Assembly (NCBI RefSeq): GCF_009914755.1
Contig: NC_060929.1
Source: the human T2T-CHM13v2.0 reference genome, Homo sapiens
Reading direction: 5' to 3' (one strand)
DNA: 64,000 bases
In this document: positions 61,105-64,000 of the stretch, piece after piece
How positions within the stretch are numbered: position 1 is the first letter of the stretch
Layout of the letters: every line of letters starts with the position of its first letter
Notes under the pieces: generated by a model
What the model saw: only the letters and a program-made list of their open reading frames with translations
Told to the model about the DNA's origin: nothing
The model's database searches: none
Made by a program: the position numbers and the translations under genes

Positions 61105-62871
61105 GTGAGTCCTAGCACTCTGCGTTTCTTGAACCTCAGGACAGCAGGGTGTGGTAGGAAGATCCTTCTCCCTAGGGGCAGAAACCTTGGGTGCTGGTTC
61201 CAGCCCTGCTGTGTGACCCTGAGCGAGTCACTCCAGCTCTCTGAACCTCACATTCCCCATCTGGGAAAATGAGGAGCTCAAATTCCACTCTCAGCTTTCC
61301 TCTTCTATTGTTTTCCCTTGTCACACCCCTTGTTCTGAAAGATTTAAGTCTGTCAGCTGCACCTGTTACATAATAATTTGTTAATTGGTTTTCCTCTTCT
61401 ATGTGAATTGTGGCCCTGTAATAGCCAATCAGTGTTTTTTGGTTAGCAGACACAAACCACTAAATTGATGCAGGTTTAGCCAAAAGCAGTGTAGTATTTT
61501 ATTCTGTCTGTGAGATCTTATCTAGAGTCGATATTTGATTTTCATTTGACCTTTTGAAATATGAGAAATAGAGCATTTGTGAGTAATTTCCAGGGAATGG
61601 GGTCCCCAGGTGGGGAACTCCTAGATCTAGTTTGCATGGGGTTTATAAGGACACCAGCAAAATCCTGCCTTCACGCCCAAGCTGAGCTTTGGTCTCTGCA
61701 GTGCTGCCTCACACACAGGGTTCATTCTTGAAAGTGAAAGCTTTGGACTTAAAAATTTCCTATGTGGAGAGACTGCTCCCAGGAGTCCCCACAGTGAGTT
61801 TACCCCACCTCTAGCTGGCTGAGGCTAGGGAAGCCTGGTTGGGGGAGCTGAGGTCTCCCTCAGCCCTCTGTTAGGGTGTGGCCAGGAGAGTGATGGGAAC
61901 AGGTAGGTATGAACACAGGGCCTGGAGGCCAGGAATATATGGTAGATACCGCTTGTGCTGAAAATCAGGAGCTAGGCCTGCAGTTCTGGTTCTGCACTGA
62001 CTAGCTCTGTGACCTCAGGCAAATTGTTTACCTCTTTGAACTCAGTTTTCCCAGCTGCAAAATGGGGATTGTAATCTGGGCAATGCTTGCCTACCAGGAT
62101 TGTTCTTATGACCAAACAAAGTCTGTTCCATGGAAGCTTAGATTCCACAGATTTTAAGATAAATTCAGATTTAAAAATACATTTTGGGATTGATGAGGTA
62201 AGGTAATGAATGTTTTGTAAAATGCGGCCTCTGTAGTAATTATTTTCTCCAATCACTGTGTGATAATAATTAATGTGATAAAAGAATTACTGATTATGAT
62301 GGAATCGTGGCTGCTTGTTTAAATCCTTTTACTTTAAAAAAATACCATTTACTGGGACTTTTTGAAATGTACAATCATATAAACAAAAAGAAAGGGGAAA
62401 TAGCTCACTGAGTCATGGTATTTTCTAACGACTCGTGGGATGGGAACCCAGTCCTGGAATGTGGCCCCATTGGAAGCAGCAGGATAATACAATGGTTAGA
62501 ACAGGCATGTTGGAGTAGAGGATCTTGGGCTCAAATATATACTGTAAGACCTACTGATGACCCTGGGTGTAAGTCACTTTTCTTTTCAAAGCCCCTTCTG
62601 TGCAGTCACTTGAGCTTCAGCCACCCTGTTCTCTCCTTTCCTGCAGCTCCCTGCTGAGTAAATAAATCTCAGAGAATGTTGGTTTCAAGGGTTGTGGCAG
62701 CACCCTCTCTCGGGGTAGAGCCTATGGTAGAAGGAGTGGAGTGAAAGTGAAAGCCAAAACAGTTTCTAGGAATAGGGAACTCAGGCAGGTATTTGAGTAA
62801 CAATGTGTGTGAGCGTTGTGTGCGTATACGCATGTGTGCATGTGCACAGGAGCTAATGAAATTAAAAATGA

Positions 62872-63539
<668 letters not shown>

Positions 63540-63799
63540 TGAAACGTTGCTGCTGAACACCAGGGAAGACTCCTAAACGTTTTCCTTGGTAACCAGCCTT
63601 GGCATCTCAAAATCCTCCCAAGAGTGAATGCGGGGTGTGTGCGAACATTTTTTGAGTGCCTTGGGTATCTGAGTTAGAGTTCCAGGGACACCGAATGACC
63701 AAACCTTGGGGAAAAAATAGATTTGAAGTGAATGGACTAGGGAGCAGAAGGGATTGGGAATTCCTCCAATTAGGAACTTTAGTGGAGTAGCTATAGTTA

Positions 63800-64000
63800 T
63801 TGCGTACCTACGATGAGCTAACAATTTTACTAGATGTTTTGAAGTCATTACCTTATTTATCCTCACAGTAGCCCATTTTACTATTCCCATTTTACAGGAG
63901 AGAGTATTGAAGCTCAGGGAGGCTACAAATCTTAAATAAAATTACTCAGACAAGCAGTGGCAGAACTCCGAATCAGGTCTTTATATGTCTAAATCTGGAG
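63800..64000. mobile_element. MIR SINE
   Basis: 'ttatcctcacagtagccc...cccattttacaggagagagtattgaagctcagggagg'. Confidence 0.65.

Overview
Human (primate) genomic DNA, very Alu-rich (by eye roughly half the window). It is recognisable as the 5' region of LARP1 on chr5q33.2, + strand. Two recalled landmarks fix the locus: the MIR1303 hairpin (33766-33850) and an exon encoding MLWRVLLSKRPPFPHPELDFQ...PFSNP (60900-61104), the alternative N-terminus of the ~1019-aa LARP1 isoform. A CpG-island promoter at ~30.4-31.3 kb has a short non-coding first exon ending at a GT donor (31025/31026). A second CpG-rich patch lies at ~38.5-39.8 kb. The rest is mostly interspersed repeats: a two-LTR MST (MaLR) provirus, a near-complete Charlie3 hAT transposon, MER4A and MLT1 LTRs, L1/L2/MIR fragments, several MER MITEs, an Alu-split RNY1 pseudogene and a 3'-UTR retrocopy nested in an Alu. 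Nearly all supplied ORFs are Alu or other repeat artefacts. I see no convincing new biological system. The best leads are regulatory (TCT/TOP-like pyrimidine tract at the distal LARP1 promoter, uORF-guarded alternative exon, TAL1::GATA cluster) or insertion-history oddities. Gene and repeat-family names come from memory of consensus sequences, not database searches, and repeat boundaries are approximate.
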